The position numbers and the translations under genes are program-made. The notes under the pieces were generated by a model, which was not told where the DNA came from, searched no databases, and worked only from the letters and a program-made list of their open reading frames with translations. This document shows, piece by piece, positions 46,757-60,712 of a DNA stretch of 64,000 nucleotides (positions within the stretch are counted from its first letter, which is position 1; every line of letters starts with the position of its first letter). Source of the DNA: the human T2T-CHM13v2.0 reference genome, Homo sapiens. The stretch lies in assembly GCF_009914755.1 (NCBI RefSeq), contig NC_060942.1. One strand, given 5' to 3'.

Positions 46757-47195
46757 TGAGATGGTGAATTTATGTGTCAGCCTGACTGGGCTAGGGGCTG
46801 CCCAGATGGGTGGTAAAACATTGCTTCCGGATGTGTCTGTGAGGGTGTTTCTGGAAGAGATTGGCATTTGAATTGGGAGACTGAGTAAATAAAATCACCC
46901 TTACCAATGTGGATGAACATTATCCAATTACTGAGGGCTCACAGAACCAAAAGGCAGAGGAAGGGCGCATTCACTCTCTTCTTGAGCTGAGACATCCATC
47001 CTCTCCTCCCTTCAGACATTGGAACTCCTGGTTCTTCGGCCTTCAGACACGAACTGAATTATGCTTGCAGATGGCAGACAGTGACATTTCTCAGCCTCCA
47101 TAATCACATGAGCCGGTTCCCATGTCAATCAATCAATCAGTCAATCAATCAATCTTCTATTGATTTTGCTGCTCTGCAGAGCCCTGACTAAAACA
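46757..47195 (+). mobile_element. MLT2 (ERVL) solo LTR
   Basis: GATGGTGAATTTATGTGTCAGCCTGACTGGGC...CCCTGACTAAAACA; TSD GCCTC/GCCTG; internal (TCAA)n. Confidence 0.9.
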
Positions 47196-49229
47196 GCCTG
47201 TATGGGTTGCACTCTGCCCATCTCCAGGGGATACAGATTCATATCCTTGCACTTACGACCTTCCTCATTTGCATCTCATGGAAATACACTTTCAAGGTAG
47301 TATCCAAAAAACTCACATAGATTGTCCTATACCCTACCTGCTTACTCGTAAGTGCAAAATAATTTTGTTATCTGCAAAACAGAATCTCTGGGGCAGAATC
47401 ACTGTCATCTTGTGATGTATAACACTCAAGTGACAAAAATATGCTAGATAATGACAAGGCACATTTACCAGTCACATATGTACAGCCCATGTATGATGGT
47501 ATAAAAAAAATCACAATGTTTTCTAATACACAAAAACTTAATGACTAATAGATGTTATCACTAACTATGCATCCAACTCTTTAAATACCATCAGCCCTGC
47601 GGAAGGTAGAAAAAGTTGGGTCAACTCCTAGCTTGGTGGGCTTGAGATCTAAATTGTAAATGTGAGATACTATTATCTGAGCCTCCCAGGACTGCCTTGG
47701 CACCGGGAGGACTAGTACTGCACTCTTTAATTTAATCCTCCCCTGTTTTTTTCTTCCCAGATATTTATAATACAACTGTGGAAAGGTGCTCCTGACAGGA
47801 AGTTGGCATACAACCTCTCAGGCTGGGAGCAAATATCTGAATCAGATAGGAAGAAAACACTCCAAACGGATCAATTTGTTCAAATTTTAGAGTTGAAACT
47901 CAGGTCTAGAGACACTGAGTGATGTCAGGGAATAGATAATTTATCTGATAACCCAAATTTCAAGTCCCTGCTTTTTCTTCAATTTTCCAAGTAATACAAG
48001 CCAAAGCTGATTTCCTCTTATGTATGAAGTCAATGATCATATCAAAGTAGGCCTATTTCAAGATGCTGCATGAAAGACTCTACTATCAAGCATAGGCTTG
48101 ACTTTCCAGAATCAGATTTTAAAAGCCTTTGGCACTTAAATAAAACATCTTCATTTTGTAACAGACCAGCCTTTTCTTTCCTTTTTGCAGGAGTGGGAAG
48201 TGAAATTACATACCATGTGGTTTTCATAATTTAAAAACATATCATAAGGATGCATTTTTAAGACTGTGGGAAAGATAATGAAGGTATTTATGGGACAGCC
48301 AGGTATGAGACTATCTGGGCTGGAGATAAAGTAAATGACTTGAGAATGGAAGACTTAACCATTCACTGGACTCAGAGAACACCAATCATCTTTGTTCTAC
48401 AGGAGAAATCAGAGACTACGTTCTACCACTCAGGAAATGGCAATTAATGGAATAGCTTAAAAGAGAGAGCAGTCTTTGAAACATATGGAGATTGCACATC
48501 AGCTCCAGGTGGGCTGGAAGAAAGTAGGAGCACTACTGGCAACGATACATTCTCCACTCAGGCCACATAGCCAGACAGTGCTGCATCAACTCAGCAATGT
48601 TATGCAGCATCCCACGATTACTAAAGCGCTTAAGTAGACACCATCTCATCTGATCTTCACATTTATCCTTTGAGAGGAGCAGGCTAAAGCTAGGTTCTCT
48701 GGAACATAGGACCAGCTTAGAGACTGGCCCATGGATGTCTTCAAATAAGTTGAATCAGTTAGTAACATGGGCTGGAGTCAGGGTCAAGACTAGAAGGCCT
48801 AGGAATTTTAAGATTCTTATGGGCATATAACATTATGTGTATGCATTTCTGCAGCCTCCACTGCATCTACAGTAGTAGTTTACAGAAAAATTAATTGCTG
48901 CTTTGCTGCTAACTAGTAATATTTATTAAGCATTTGCAATTTGCCATTAATTTTCTAAGCATATCACATAGATTACCTTATTTTATTCTCACAATCACCC
49001 TAAAAGTCACTCAATAAATATCCATTGAATGAATGGCTGAACTTAAGTCAGTCAAACAACACTTGGTGATACTACTTTCTCCCTTTACAACCACAACATC
49101 ATGACCTCCATTTGACTCTATTGGGAAGCACGTGGATACTAGAAAGGAAAGGGAATAAAAGATCACCTTCACGGCAGCACAGAGATTGCACTCATGGAAA
49201 ACAGAATCCTTGGAAAAGGATGCCATGAC

Positions 49230-49630
49230 TCAGATAAGAAATGACGAAGATCTAAACTAAGGATGTGATCATTGAGTTGAAGAGGAGACAGAATATTTAA
49301 GTGAACTAGTCTTGTTGCTGGACTGGATAGAAATAGGGAAAGAAAGCACGCCGTGATGGTCAGGAATCTGGTATGAACAACCTGAGAGAATGTAGTTCAA
49401 TTCAAAGAAACAAAGGATGATGGTGCTTTGGAGGATGAGGATATTGATTCCTGTTTTGGATGAGTTGAATTTGAAGCACCTGCCAGGTATCCAGATGCTG
49501 AAGTCCAGTTGAGTAAAAAAAAAAAATTATGTCTGAAATTTCAGGACTGAGATCTGGGATGAAAATTATCAGCTTCCATCAGCCTGACTTGGGAATCATC
49601 CACCAAAAGAGTAATGAAGCCATGGAAATG
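49230..49630 (-). mobile_element. L2 fragment
   Basis: TGTTTTGGATGAGTTGAATTTGAAGCACCTG; GACTTGGGAATCATC. Confidence 0.6.
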
Positions 49631-51011
49631 CCTGTGCCCACCCAAGCTACATGGTTTGGACTTTGTCCTATAGTTAGGGAACCACTTTCCATCTACTTTT
49701 CAGGTTTCTCACACCTGGAGGGCCTCACTGCTGTTCACCATATCACAGTGGCACCCTGTCTTCTCCAGCTCTCTGCCTCTTCAGCCACCATCTGGGTGAT
49801 TGCCACCATGCTTTAACAAACTCTGTTCTTACCCAGCTTTGTTCCTTGTCTTCTCCTCTTCATCACTTGAAGCATAAGCTCCCCACTGCCTTTACGGACT
49901 CCTGATGGGCACTGTGCCGTTTTCCACTCCCTGACTCCAGTCCAGCATCCACCCTTTGCTGGGGTTGACAGTAACATTTCAACCACTGCCCCTGCCACTC
50001 TGCCCCAGGTTCAGAAAGAACAGTGACTCCTCGACCAAGCAGAAATGAAGAGTGCCCTCCCCGGCCCCCTGCACTCTGTCTCACACCCACATTTGCATTC
50101 CTTCTCAGCTTGTTTCCACTCTGCCAGTTTTGTTTGCATGTCTGGCACTAGGGGTGGCTCCCAGGGCCTTTTGCAGCCCTCTTCTTCCACCCAGAAGGAA
50201 GGTGGACCAGTCTGACTCCAACGTGCTACCGAATGCCAACTGGCAGGTGGCTGGGTGACGGGAGGGTGATGACACTGCAGGGCACTCCCAGCAGGCAGGG
50301 AATCAGGGCACCAGATTGGCACCCACAGTTGCAGCTTCAAACCGTCAACAACAGCCAGAATCCTGGACGCTGAACCTTCCTGTCATTCCCACAATCTTGG
50401 AATCTTCTCAGAGTGGCTTGAATACTAATGTAAAGGAAATTTCTCAGAAACCACATTCAGTCTGGGAGTCAGGGAGCCAAAATTGGATCTCATCCTCTTC
50501 TAGGTGCGTACTGCATACAGACTCACTCCCAAAACCCGTCCTAATCTCCTCAAAGATGGGGGAGAGAGCAATCGCTAGACAAATGTAACCAATGTTCTTC
50601 TTCTGCAGACATACCAGCTTCTGCTTTGCTGTTCTCAAATTTGGGGATATAGTGTCATATTGCTTTTGCAGCTTCAGGGTAGCATGCCTTCTCCTGTTAC
50701 TGATTTCTAAGAATTTCTACCAGAGAATGCATGGAAACCATCAGCGTCCCAGCTTGAAACTAAACTTTATTCCTAAATGGGCTTCTTTCCAGCTTTCATG
50801 CTCACTCTCAGAAATTCACCTTCTCCTTCTTGAGAAAAGAAGGCTTTTTCCTCTCTGCACCCACCACTGCTCAACAACTGCACAACCCTTCCAGGTTATC
50901 TCTTTCATGCACACACCACAGCAGCTTTCATTTCTACTCCATTTAATCAGATCTCACCATGCCCCACGGGCAACCTTACGACCAAAGGGCAACAGTTCAT
51001 TTGGGTTAGGA

Positions 51012-51516
51012 TGTGTTCTAGATATTTCTTGTTATCCTTTCCAGATCCACTCTCCACCCTTTTCTACCCTGCTCTGTATCTTGGGAGGCCAACTCCTGAG
51101 AACTGTAGCAGTAGACTCCCATGCCTGCTAGCAATGGGAGTTTAGCCAATGAGACACCTCAGCAGGAGATCAGAGGGTGAGAGGAGAGTGAGGTGAGGGT
51201 TTATTGCCCCAGCTCCATCTCTTCAAAGAACTGCCAATTGGATGTGTCTCTCTACTACAGGTTACAGCTCCTGTTAGAAGGCTCTTTCCTTATAGCCCCT
51301 CTTTCTGAGCTCCCCATAGCTGCTCCACCACTTGTCCCTTCAGGTCTGGGGGTGGTAAAGGCTACCTGCTGGTGCGAGCCCCAGGGTATTGCGATATTCC
51401 TCCCTGGCTTGCTGAAACCCTTCCCACACCTTTGTAAGTCTCTCTTTGATGAACCTCTCCTCAAACACCCATATTAAGTATGCTGTCTGTCTCTGGCCTG
51501 GACCCTGAATGAAACA
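51012..51516 (+). mobile_element. LTR41-like ERVL solo LTR
   Basis: CCAGATCCACTCTCCACCCTTTTCTACCCTGCTCTG; GCAGGAGATCAGAGGG; GGACCCTGAATGAAACA end. Confidence 0.75.
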
Positions 51517-51569
51517 GGAGATTGTTACTATATTATGATGGAGGATTTTTGCTAATTTAGCTCAATTTA

Positions 51570-51900
51570 AGTTAACAAATATCATCTAAGTGCCTAGGAC
51601 GTGTCAGGTCCTATTCTGTGCATTTGGGTTATAGCAGCAAATAAAAGAGAAAAATTTCTGCCTTCATAAAGATTATATTCTAATGGGAGAGATAAATAAT
51701 AATTTTTAAAATGAGCAAATTATATAATCTATTAGCAGGTGACTCATGCTATGAAGAAAAAATAAATCAAATAAATGGGACAGGGAGTCAGAGGTTGGGA
51801 GGCATGCAATTTTATATAGAGTGGCCAAAGATGGTCTCACAGAGAAGAGATTTGAATGAGAGTGCAGTGAGGGCACAATGAAGTATAGTATGTACATGGA
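51570..51900 (-). mobile_element. L2a 3' end
   Basis: AACAAATATCATCTAAGTGCCTAGGACGTGTCAGG...CTGCCTTCATAAAGATTATATTCTA. Confidence 0.8.
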
Positions 51901-52054
51901 AGGTTTCCCTCAAAGAGTTTACACCCAAGTTAGGAAGATGAGATGGACACACAGGAAATTACACATGCCACAAGACGATAAGTCAAGAGATGTTAAATGG
52001 CAGTAGATGATTAAATGCCAGCAAAAAATGTTTACGATAGTAAGTTCTTCCATT

Positions 52055-52470
52055 GTCGTAGGTTATGTATTTTTGCAAAACAGGCTTTGAAATGAAGCTT
52101 AGTTTGTGGTGTGTTTATTAGAAAGTGCCCTGGGCAACAATGTCTATAGAAAGAAGGAGAAGGAATCAGAGTTGGGTGCAAGGAGAAGTCAAACTGCAAT
52201 GTAGGCCTGACAGTTTCGGCTAGACATTCAGGAAGCTCTACAGCTAAAATGGCTCATCAGAGTTGTACTGTGTTGGACTGAAATGGCAGAGCCTTTAGAT
52301 GCTCATCTTGATCCGTCACTGGATGTGGGTCAGCACCTGGGAGGGTATGACCTTGGGCTAGTCAGCTTTCTGAAGCTAAAACAATCCTTGCAGGAGCTGA
52401 GAGCTACAGGCTAGAGCAAAAAATCTTTCTTTGAAGGGGGATCTGGACAGCACATCTCTGTGTGCACCTA
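52055..52470 (-). mobile_element. Old ERVL-type LTR (family uncertain, LTR40-like)
   Basis: GTTTATTAG, GGAGAAGTCAAACTGCAATG, AAATGGCTCATCAGAGTTGT. Confidence 0.5.
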
Positions 52471-52489
52471 AACAATTGGTAAAAATACT

Positions 52490-53040
52490 TGAAAATGAGA
52501 TTGTTGAACCATTATCTATATATCATTGAAGAATTCTAGTTACTAGAGATGTGCAAATACAAATCTTATTTTTGGTTCTGCATAGTACATATCTATCATC
52601 TTGAGGTTGATCTTGAGGAAGATTCTAGGATGAATTGTTAAAGTAAAGGTCTGTAGACTCTTAGAAAATGTGGTAAAAATCTAAGACACATGTTCCCTAA
52701 GAACAACTCCTGCCAAATGTATCTCACTTTCTTTGAAAATGTTATTAAATTAGTCCATCAGGGGATTTGATAGACAGAGTATGTCTAGATTTCAGAGAAA
52801 TTATAATGATGTTCTTGTCAGAATGGCATGCTAGACTACATGCCTGCCATATCAATTCAACCTCGCCTTCCAGTTTCATCAGCTTAATCATCTCTGTAAG
52901 ATGCAGACCTTCTTACTAAATGATTTCACTCTCCCTATTCCTCACCCTCAGTCAATAGGACAGGCTTGACCAAGGAAACCAATCTGCCACCAGGTCAATA
53001 ACCAGATTCTGTCCTTCCAGAATTTGAATAGTAAAAAAAG

Positions 53041-53083
<43 letters not shown>

Positions 53084-54800
53084 GAAAGAGAGAGAGAGAG
53101 AGAAAGAGAGAAAGAAAGAGGAAGGAAGGAAGGAAGGAAGGAAGGAAGGAAGGAAGGAAAGGGAAGGAAAGGAAAGGGAGGGGAGGAGAGGGGAGGGAAG
53201 GGGAGGGAGGGAGGGAGGAGGGGAGGAGAGCAGAGGGGAGGGCAGGGGAGGAGAGGGAAGGGGAGGGGAGGGGAAGGGAGGGGAAGGGAAGGGGTAAGGA
53301 AAGAAGGGAAGGAAAGAAGGGAAGGGAAGGAAAGAAGGGAAGGGAAGAAGGAAGGAAATGGAAGAGGGGAAGGGAAGGGAAGGGAAAGGAAAGGGAAGGG
53401 AAGGGAAGGGAAGGGGGAAGGAAAGAAGAGAAGGAAAGGAAGAAGGGAAGGGAAGGGAAGGCAAGGCCAGGGAAGGCAAGGCCAGGAAAGGGAAGGCTAG
53501 GGGAGGGAAGAAAGAGCAGGCAGATGGCATTGATTCCCAGAACAGTATGTTCATGTGAAATGGTGCCAGGGTGCCATGGAAAGTCAAAACTAAGGGGAGG
53601 TGAAGCCAAGAACCTCACTGAATCAATCAAGAAGTAAGAAAAATGGAGAAGATGTGTAGACCCAAACAGGAGAGTTTGTGTAGAGAGTATGTGTAGACCC
53701 AAACAGGAGAAATGGAGAAATTAGCTGACTAATGGTTTTCCAATTCCATGGGTTCCAGCATTATTTCCTACAAGTGAATTATATCAGAATTCCTTGAGTC
53801 CTTAGAAGTCTATTTTTACTTAAGCCACTTTAAATGTGTTTGTATTACTTGCAACCCGATAATGCCTAAAATGACTTTCTAATCATATTCTTATAAATTG
53901 GATAATATACTGGTTAATGAACCAGATGGCAATATATTAGATGGGTTATTAATTGGTTAGAAAAATATCTAGAAAAAAACTGCTTAATTAGTTGATAGAT
54001 ACATAGAAGGGGTTCCAAATGGCTTCTATAGTGCTGTATCCTCATTGCTGAGGCATTCAAAAGTTTTGTCAGTGACTAGAATGTATGCTGCCTGAAAGTA
54101 GGTATTATGAACACCTCACAAAGTGCCATGTTTAGGACAGAGCACAGTGTTGACAGACAGCAGGTGTTCAGTAGAAAAGCTAAGTATATAAAAATACAGA
54201 TTTTGCAGATAACATGAATCAAAGAAAGATAGTGATTTTGATGGATGAGAGAATTAAAAATCAGCATGGGAAAATAATTATATCTTATAAGAGTAACTGC
54301 AAAGTTCTGGAAATGGGTTCAAAAGATAAAAAGTGTATCTTAGGGGCATATTGAGTAAAGAAATGTAGAGTTTTCCTAGATAGGGGCTAAAGAGGAGCAG
54401 CAAAGTGAAGTACTTGTAAAAGAATTGATGTAGGTTTAGGCTGTGCTCATGGAGGCATCGTATCTGAAGAAGAGGCTGGTCCTGTGGAAGCATACACCAG
54501 TCAAACCACATGCAGAATATCTTGTTTGGTCCTGGGCACCACCTTCAGATAACAAAGCGTAAACAAGAGTGTAGTTAGAAGATGGGGATCAGAAGGGCAA
54601 AGTGACTCAAAAGCATTTCAGAAAGGCCCGGGGATGAATAACCTACAGAACTACAAACTTAGAGCAGACAGTGTGGTGAATTAAGGCAGCCTTCAAGCCT
54701 CTAAATAGTTGTCATCAGGATGAAGAATTGGCTCATTAAGTCTCTCTCTTTCAAGAGAGAAAAAAACTAAGACCCATGGGTGGAATCTATATTCTTTCTA
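52490..54800 (+). mobile_element. CR1/L3 LINE remnants, interrupted at ~52830-53875 by an LTR-like insert containing the polypurine tract
   Basis: CTAAGAACAACTCCTGCCAAA...GTATGTCTAGATTTCAG (CR1 RT); TCCTGGGCACCAC and GCCTTCAAG...TTGTCAT (L3 3' region). Confidence 0.55.
53033..53515. repeat. Compound polypurine tract: (GAAA)n-(GA)n-(GGAA)10-(GGGAG/AAGGG)n
   Basis: Almost pure purine on + strand; GGAA x10 at 53120-53159. Confidence 0.98.
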
Positions 54801-54804
54801 TCAG

Positions 54805-55290
54805 TGAAAAATCAATTGAGCAACTTAACTTCAACCAGTCATTGTCTTGGTACTGGCTACACTATACCGAACAAAGCAGACAGCTGCCTTCATGGAACTG
54901 ATGGTCTAGCAGGGATACTCACGTTCATCAAAAGATCATGGCATAAATGCATAAGAAGGGCTATTGAGGATGAGTAGAAAATGCTATCAGAGTTCCCCGA
55001 AGTTAGAGGAATGGATTTGTTTTGATTTAATTTTTGCTTTGAATTATTTTGTTTTATTTAAGAGTTCAAGAAACTGAAAAGCAATATTGCTGAAACGTAG
55101 TGAACAAATAGGAGAACGGCATAAACTTTGGGAGAAAGAATTAAAATGTTAGAGCAAAAGACCAGGGAAGAGATATTAAGTCATAAACTAGACTAGGGTG
55201 GTGGCAATGCAAGTAGAGAGAAATTGTTGCATTTAAGGTTCATTTTGGAGGTAAAACCTAAATGACTTCAGGATATATTGGGCAGAGGTA
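54805..55290 (-). mobile_element. L2 fragment
   Basis: CTGCCTTCATGGAACTGATGGTCTAG; GACTAGGGTGGTGGCAATG...TTTTGGAGGTAAAAC. Confidence 0.65.
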
Positions 55291-56231
55291 AGTAAGACAT
55301 TCATTAATTCAACTTGATATTTGTTATTATCTGGGTGAAAACTGACCTAAAATATTTTATACTCTTCATAAAGTGTTGAGTCAATGAAACAAATTTGGAA
55401 GTAAGGTACTTGGAAGGGTATGTTTAACCAGCTTCAGAGAATAAATATGTAAATATTTTTAAGGGCTTAGGTAAATGCCCTGTGAAAGTAAACTCACATG
55501 GTCTCTATAATTTGAAATAAATTTCCAAAGTTCAGGTTGCTCACAGATCCAAATCAGTCTTTATCCTTCAATCACTTATCTATTCAAAAATTTTTATTTA
55601 ACATTTAAAATACACGAGAAGCTGTTTGAGTTGCAAAGATGAATCAGGAAAGGGCTTGTACAAAAGTAAGAGGAACACAGACTGTGTCCTACCTTAGGGC
55701 TTCTGAGACGCCTGCATAGCAAAGGATCTAGAGAAACAGTGAAGGTTTCATTTGTGCTGTGCCTTGGAAGGTGGGGCATTCAGCACAGATAGGCAGGCAT
55801 TCTAAGAGGAATCAGCATGCCATGGCGGCAAGGGGATTGGGAACATGGGCTGGAACAGTAAAAATGTTAAAATAGTCTGGGGTGATGACTAGAAAGTGTT
55901 AGTAAAACATTTAATGAATGAAAAATGAAAATATTCCTCCCTAATGTACTTTATGCATCACAGATTCATCTAAACTTATAGGTGAAATGGAACTTTAGAG
56001 AGCAAATTCTTCAATCCCTTTAGCCTTCATGATTGTGTTGCTATGGCTTGACTGCTGAGCCAGGACCTAGGATTCCAGTGGTCTTTCTCCCATAGCAAAG
56101 AAACAAAAAAAATGTTGCTCTAACTTCCAGGTTTCTGATGATTAGATCCTGTTTTCTCTCCAATATTCTCCTAAACTCTGAGTGGCATTGTTGTTTTATA
56201 ATTACGCTTCTAGGTCATCCACATGCCCCAC

Positions 56232-56598
56232 TGATATGGTTTGGCTGTGGCTCCACCCAAATCTCATCTTGAATTGTAGCTCCATTAATTCCCATGTGTC
56301 ATGAGAGGGACTCAGTGGGAGGTAATTGAATCATGGGGGAGGATTTTTCCTGTGGTGTTCTTGTGATAGTGAATAAGTCTCATGAGATCTGATGGTTTTA
56401 TAAAGGGGAGTTCCCTTGCACATGCTCTCTCTTGCATGCAGCCATGTAAGATGTCCTTTTGTTCTTCCTTCATCTCCCACCCATGATTGTGAGGCCTCCC
56501 CAGCCATATGGAACTGTGAGTCAACTAAACCTCTTTCCTTTGTAAATTCCCCAATCTCGGGTATGTATTTATTAGCACTGTGAGAACAGACTAACACA
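56232..56598 (+). mobile_element. THE1 solo LTR
   Basis: TGATATGGTTTGGCTGTG...GACTAACACA; perfect TSD CCCAC at 56227-56231 and 56599-56603. Confidence 0.95.
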
Positions 56599-58338
56599 CC
56601 CACCAAGTCTGACTTCCATTTATAGGGCTCCAAGATACCAAGTAAGCCTGCAAGTCCTTATTTGGGGCACAAATGTTTGAGGCCCTCCTAAGGTACCTTG
56701 TGTCTGTTTTTCTCCTATAATCTCCATACAAGGCTGCACACTTCCAAGAAAGATGTGGGTGGAGCCAGCTCTCAAGACTGTATGCCTAAATGGAGTCAAG
56801 GAAACATAAGATTGATGGCTACTCACCCAAAAAATTAGCAGCAGACATAGATCTTGCTGCCAAAAGAGCTGATCTACATTTTTTTTGGCTGAGAAATATC
56901 GCAAATTTTTTAATAGACATTCTTCTATAATATGACATCTTTTCTTTACAAATGTCAATGCCTTTTATTAGTCAACTGCTAGTGGCTATTTATTTTTATC
57001 TATTTCTTCCAATAGTAGTCAAGGCAAAATAATCTAGCTATTCTCATTCGCCTTTTTGACTAATCCTACCCATTAAAAAAAAAAATGACTGGTCAGGATC
57101 AAGAACAAACTAAGACTAAACTTACACAGTATAAACTAAACTTTGACCTTACTATTACTCTACTAACCTGAGCTTCCCAGCCTCTATAATTAGGTAGTGA
57201 CAGTTAAGAGCTTCAAATTATACACAGCAATCAGTTATTCCTGGCAGCCTCCCTCTTCATACCAAAGATGTCACCATTTGCTTGGTTCTAGGAAACTCAA
57301 TGTCTGCATTTCCCTTGAGGGCCACCTAGGGAGTTTTTCATGTTGAAGGATGGTTTATTTAACTTATCACAGCTAGTGTTTCTGAAAGATGGTGAGGCTC
57401 ACAACGTAATAACCACCTGTCATCTCTTATTAGTTAGATATTTCACACTGGAGATTTGTTATATTAAAGGGCACTAAAATTATTGACATCAGATAACTGA
57501 ATTATAATTAAATTTTATGCAGATTATTAAAATACCATTGTTACTCTTATAGGGGAAAAATAATGGCAACGAGATAGGCTCATGACAGAATTCACTTATT
57601 TCTAGCACACCATGTCAGTACGTCATTAAGTGGAGGCTTTGTCAGACCTACTGGCAAAGTCTTACAGGCATTAGCCACTGTGTCCAGCCCTCCACTCTGC
57701 TAAGAGCCCCACTCCAAGTGAATGGAAAGAGCGGTCCCATGCTCACAACTGCCCGGTGGAGTGGTGAACTTGGAGAAGAGGTCTAATAGCTATGGCAGGC
57801 TCTGACCCAAAGAAAACCCATGTAAAAAAGACAGACTAATCACTCATGAAATATAAAGTAGAAAAAAAAAAACTATAAAAAGCTGAAAGGACTGTAAAAA
57901 TAATTGTCCTAAAGTTTTTCTCCATATTAACGTCAATTCAAAATCCCCCAGTTCAAAATCCTCTGGAGAAAACAACGTGAGAAATGAAATCTTTGCCACA
58001 TTTGAGTTGGCCTTCTCTCTGCTTTCCCGTTTCATGTCTTCCCAGAAAAGTCCGGCTTACAACTACACTCCCTCCTCTTAATTTCTGGAGCATATGTTGT
58101 GTGTACTGTTCATTATTACTTGGTGAACTTCTCTAGAAACTCTATGTGGAAGTATTATTTATCTCTTCTGACAAGATTTAACTTTCATATATTATTGACT
58201 TTTATTTTTAGTAAGAATATACGATTTGTGAGGTTAGGACCCTGGTTTTGTGCTTCTGGTTTACCCACAGAACCTATCATGTAGTACATAGGTGTACAAT
58301 AAATACCTGTTGCTTCATTAGAAAAGAATGGTGTTGAA

Positions 58339-58677
<339 letters not shown>

Positions 58678-59784
58678 TCAAAAGAAACTTTATGTGGCAT
58701 AGATTGTTGCCAAGCAAATGGAGTTCATATAATTGAATATGAGACAATTCTAAAAGTATAAATTAAAGCATATATCTCTCACTTTTAACTTCTTTATAGT
58801 AAATTCTAATGTCCTCAGAACCTGAAGAACTCAAGATTAATGTACTGAAAAGTCAGCGGAGGAGCCCAGTGAAGAGCTTGTGACTAGCACTAACTATCAA
58901 GAATGTTTCCTTGGTGAATATTTTTGATGTGCCTCCAGTACCTGCGGTCTCTGCCTTTCTGAAGGGCGTGTGATCCATGCTCCTGGTTCCCTTTCTCAGC
59001 TCTCAGACCCTAAGAGCTCCACATCTGGACTCAAGTGGAAATGCAAGGGCTAGAAACACAAAGAAAACCAGGGTGATTTTTTGTGGAATCTATCTGGTAC
59101 TTCCAGGATGGGCTTATTAGTATTAACCAGAAAAGAAAATATTAAAGAAAACTAATAGAGCCTAATATGGCAGCTTTAAATGATCTTCAAGTTCAGGAAG
59201 AAATACTTTTTTGTACAATACTGGTTTGGTCGTCACTCCCATCCATCACTTCAGTTATCTGGTCAACACACGAGTCATCTTTGTATTAGTGACTGTACAC
59301 ATATGTGAACTTCACGGTTGGAGGTGAGTGTGATACAGGTCAAACTCACCACATCCCTTTAAAGAACTGCAATTTGAAGTTCTAGCCAACACCACCCTAT
59401 TTCCACCCATGCCTGGCTTCACTTCCTCTGCCATCAGCCTGTGTTGAAGTCCTAAAATAGCTCCCTATTGAGTCTTCAGTGAGATTTCCATTTTAAAGGA
59501 TGGTACTGTCTCAGCTGGGCTCTGCTGGCTAACTGTGCATGTTGAAGCTAGCAAAAGAAAGTCATGCCTCCTTTGCATTGTTTGATCTAAAGTCTTTGGA
59601 AAAGGCTTTGTAACATTCTTTTGTTGTAAAGCCCTAGTCAGAAAAGATAAAAGATAAATATAAATACTATATAAAGAGAAGAAGCATCTATGTACGGAAC
59701 CTTTCAAATCATAATTAGGAAGGAGTATGAAACATTTAACTGGAAGGCAACATCCAGAAATTTATAAGCCCAATTGTGTACATT

Positions 59785-59965
59785 TGAAATCTGAATCTCT
59801 CATGTCATTTGGAACAATTTACTTATTTCCATTGTGCCTCACTTTTCTCATCTGTAAAACGAGGGTAACAGAAGCAACTACCCCATAATGATATTGGGAG
59901 GATTATAGAAAGTAATACATTGAAAGCATTTGGAACAATGCTTGCCTTGTGGTGAGTGGCAGTGT
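59785..59965 (+). mobile_element. MIR SINE
   Basis: GTGCCTCACTTTTCTCATCTGTAAAACGAGGGTAA. Confidence 0.85.
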
Positions 59966-60089
59966 TAAAACATAAAAATATTCCTGATTGCCGGAAGGTA
60001 CTGCCAGTTAATGGATATCACCTGATTTGTATAGAAAATTCTTACTGATCTCAAAATGTGCACTGTAAACAATTGTCATAGGTGGAATA

Positions 60090-60509
60090 CGTTACGAATT
60101 GAACTTCCTATGTGGAAGTCCTAGCCCCTAGAATCTCAGAATGTGACCTTATTTGAGAACAGGTTCATTGCGAATATAATTAGCTAAGATAACGTCATAC
60201 TGGAGTAGGATGGGTAATCTAATATGACTGGTGTCCTTAGAAAAAGGGCAAATTTGGAGACAGACACACACATAGAGAGATACCCTGTGGAGATGGAGAT
60301 CAGAACAATGTGCCTGCAAACCTAGGAACACCAAAGATCGCCCGCAAACCACCAGAAACTAGGGGACAACGTGGAACAGCTCAGAAAGAACCAACCTAGT
60401 GACACCTTGATCTGAGAGTCTGGCCTCCAGACATGGGACAATCCATTTCTGTTGTTGAGGCCCCCCAGTTTGTGGTACTGTGTAACAGCAGCCTTAGCAA
60501 ACAAATGCA
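60090..60509 (+). mobile_element. MLT1B-like MaLR solo LTR
   Basis: GAAGTCCTAGCCCC..CTCAGAATGTGACCTTATTTG...TGTAACAGCAGCCTTAGCAAAC. Confidence 0.88.
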
Positions 60510-60660
60510 AGTGCAGATTCAAATGTCAATTTTAGTTGAGCTCAGTAAAGCAAGAACTGCTTGCTTAACATCTCAGGAAAATTGTGGCAGGTCCTGAGAG
60601 GGAGAAAAACTCTCTAAGGCACAGTTCCTGGATTTCAGGACCGGCTCTTTAATGGAGGAG

Positions 60661-60664
<4 letters not shown>

Positions 60665-60709
<45 letters not shown>
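60665..60709. repeat. (CA)n microsatellite
   Basis: About 22 perfect AC units. Confidence 0.97.

Positions 60710-60712
<3 letters not shown>

Noticed and set aside
50592-51131. 179-aa ORF
   Set aside because: No domain resemblance, composition typical of non-coding DNA, and it runs into an LTR
52952-53702. ORFs of 158-235 aa rich in P/S/F/L or G/R/K/E
   Set aside because: Translations of the polypurine tract
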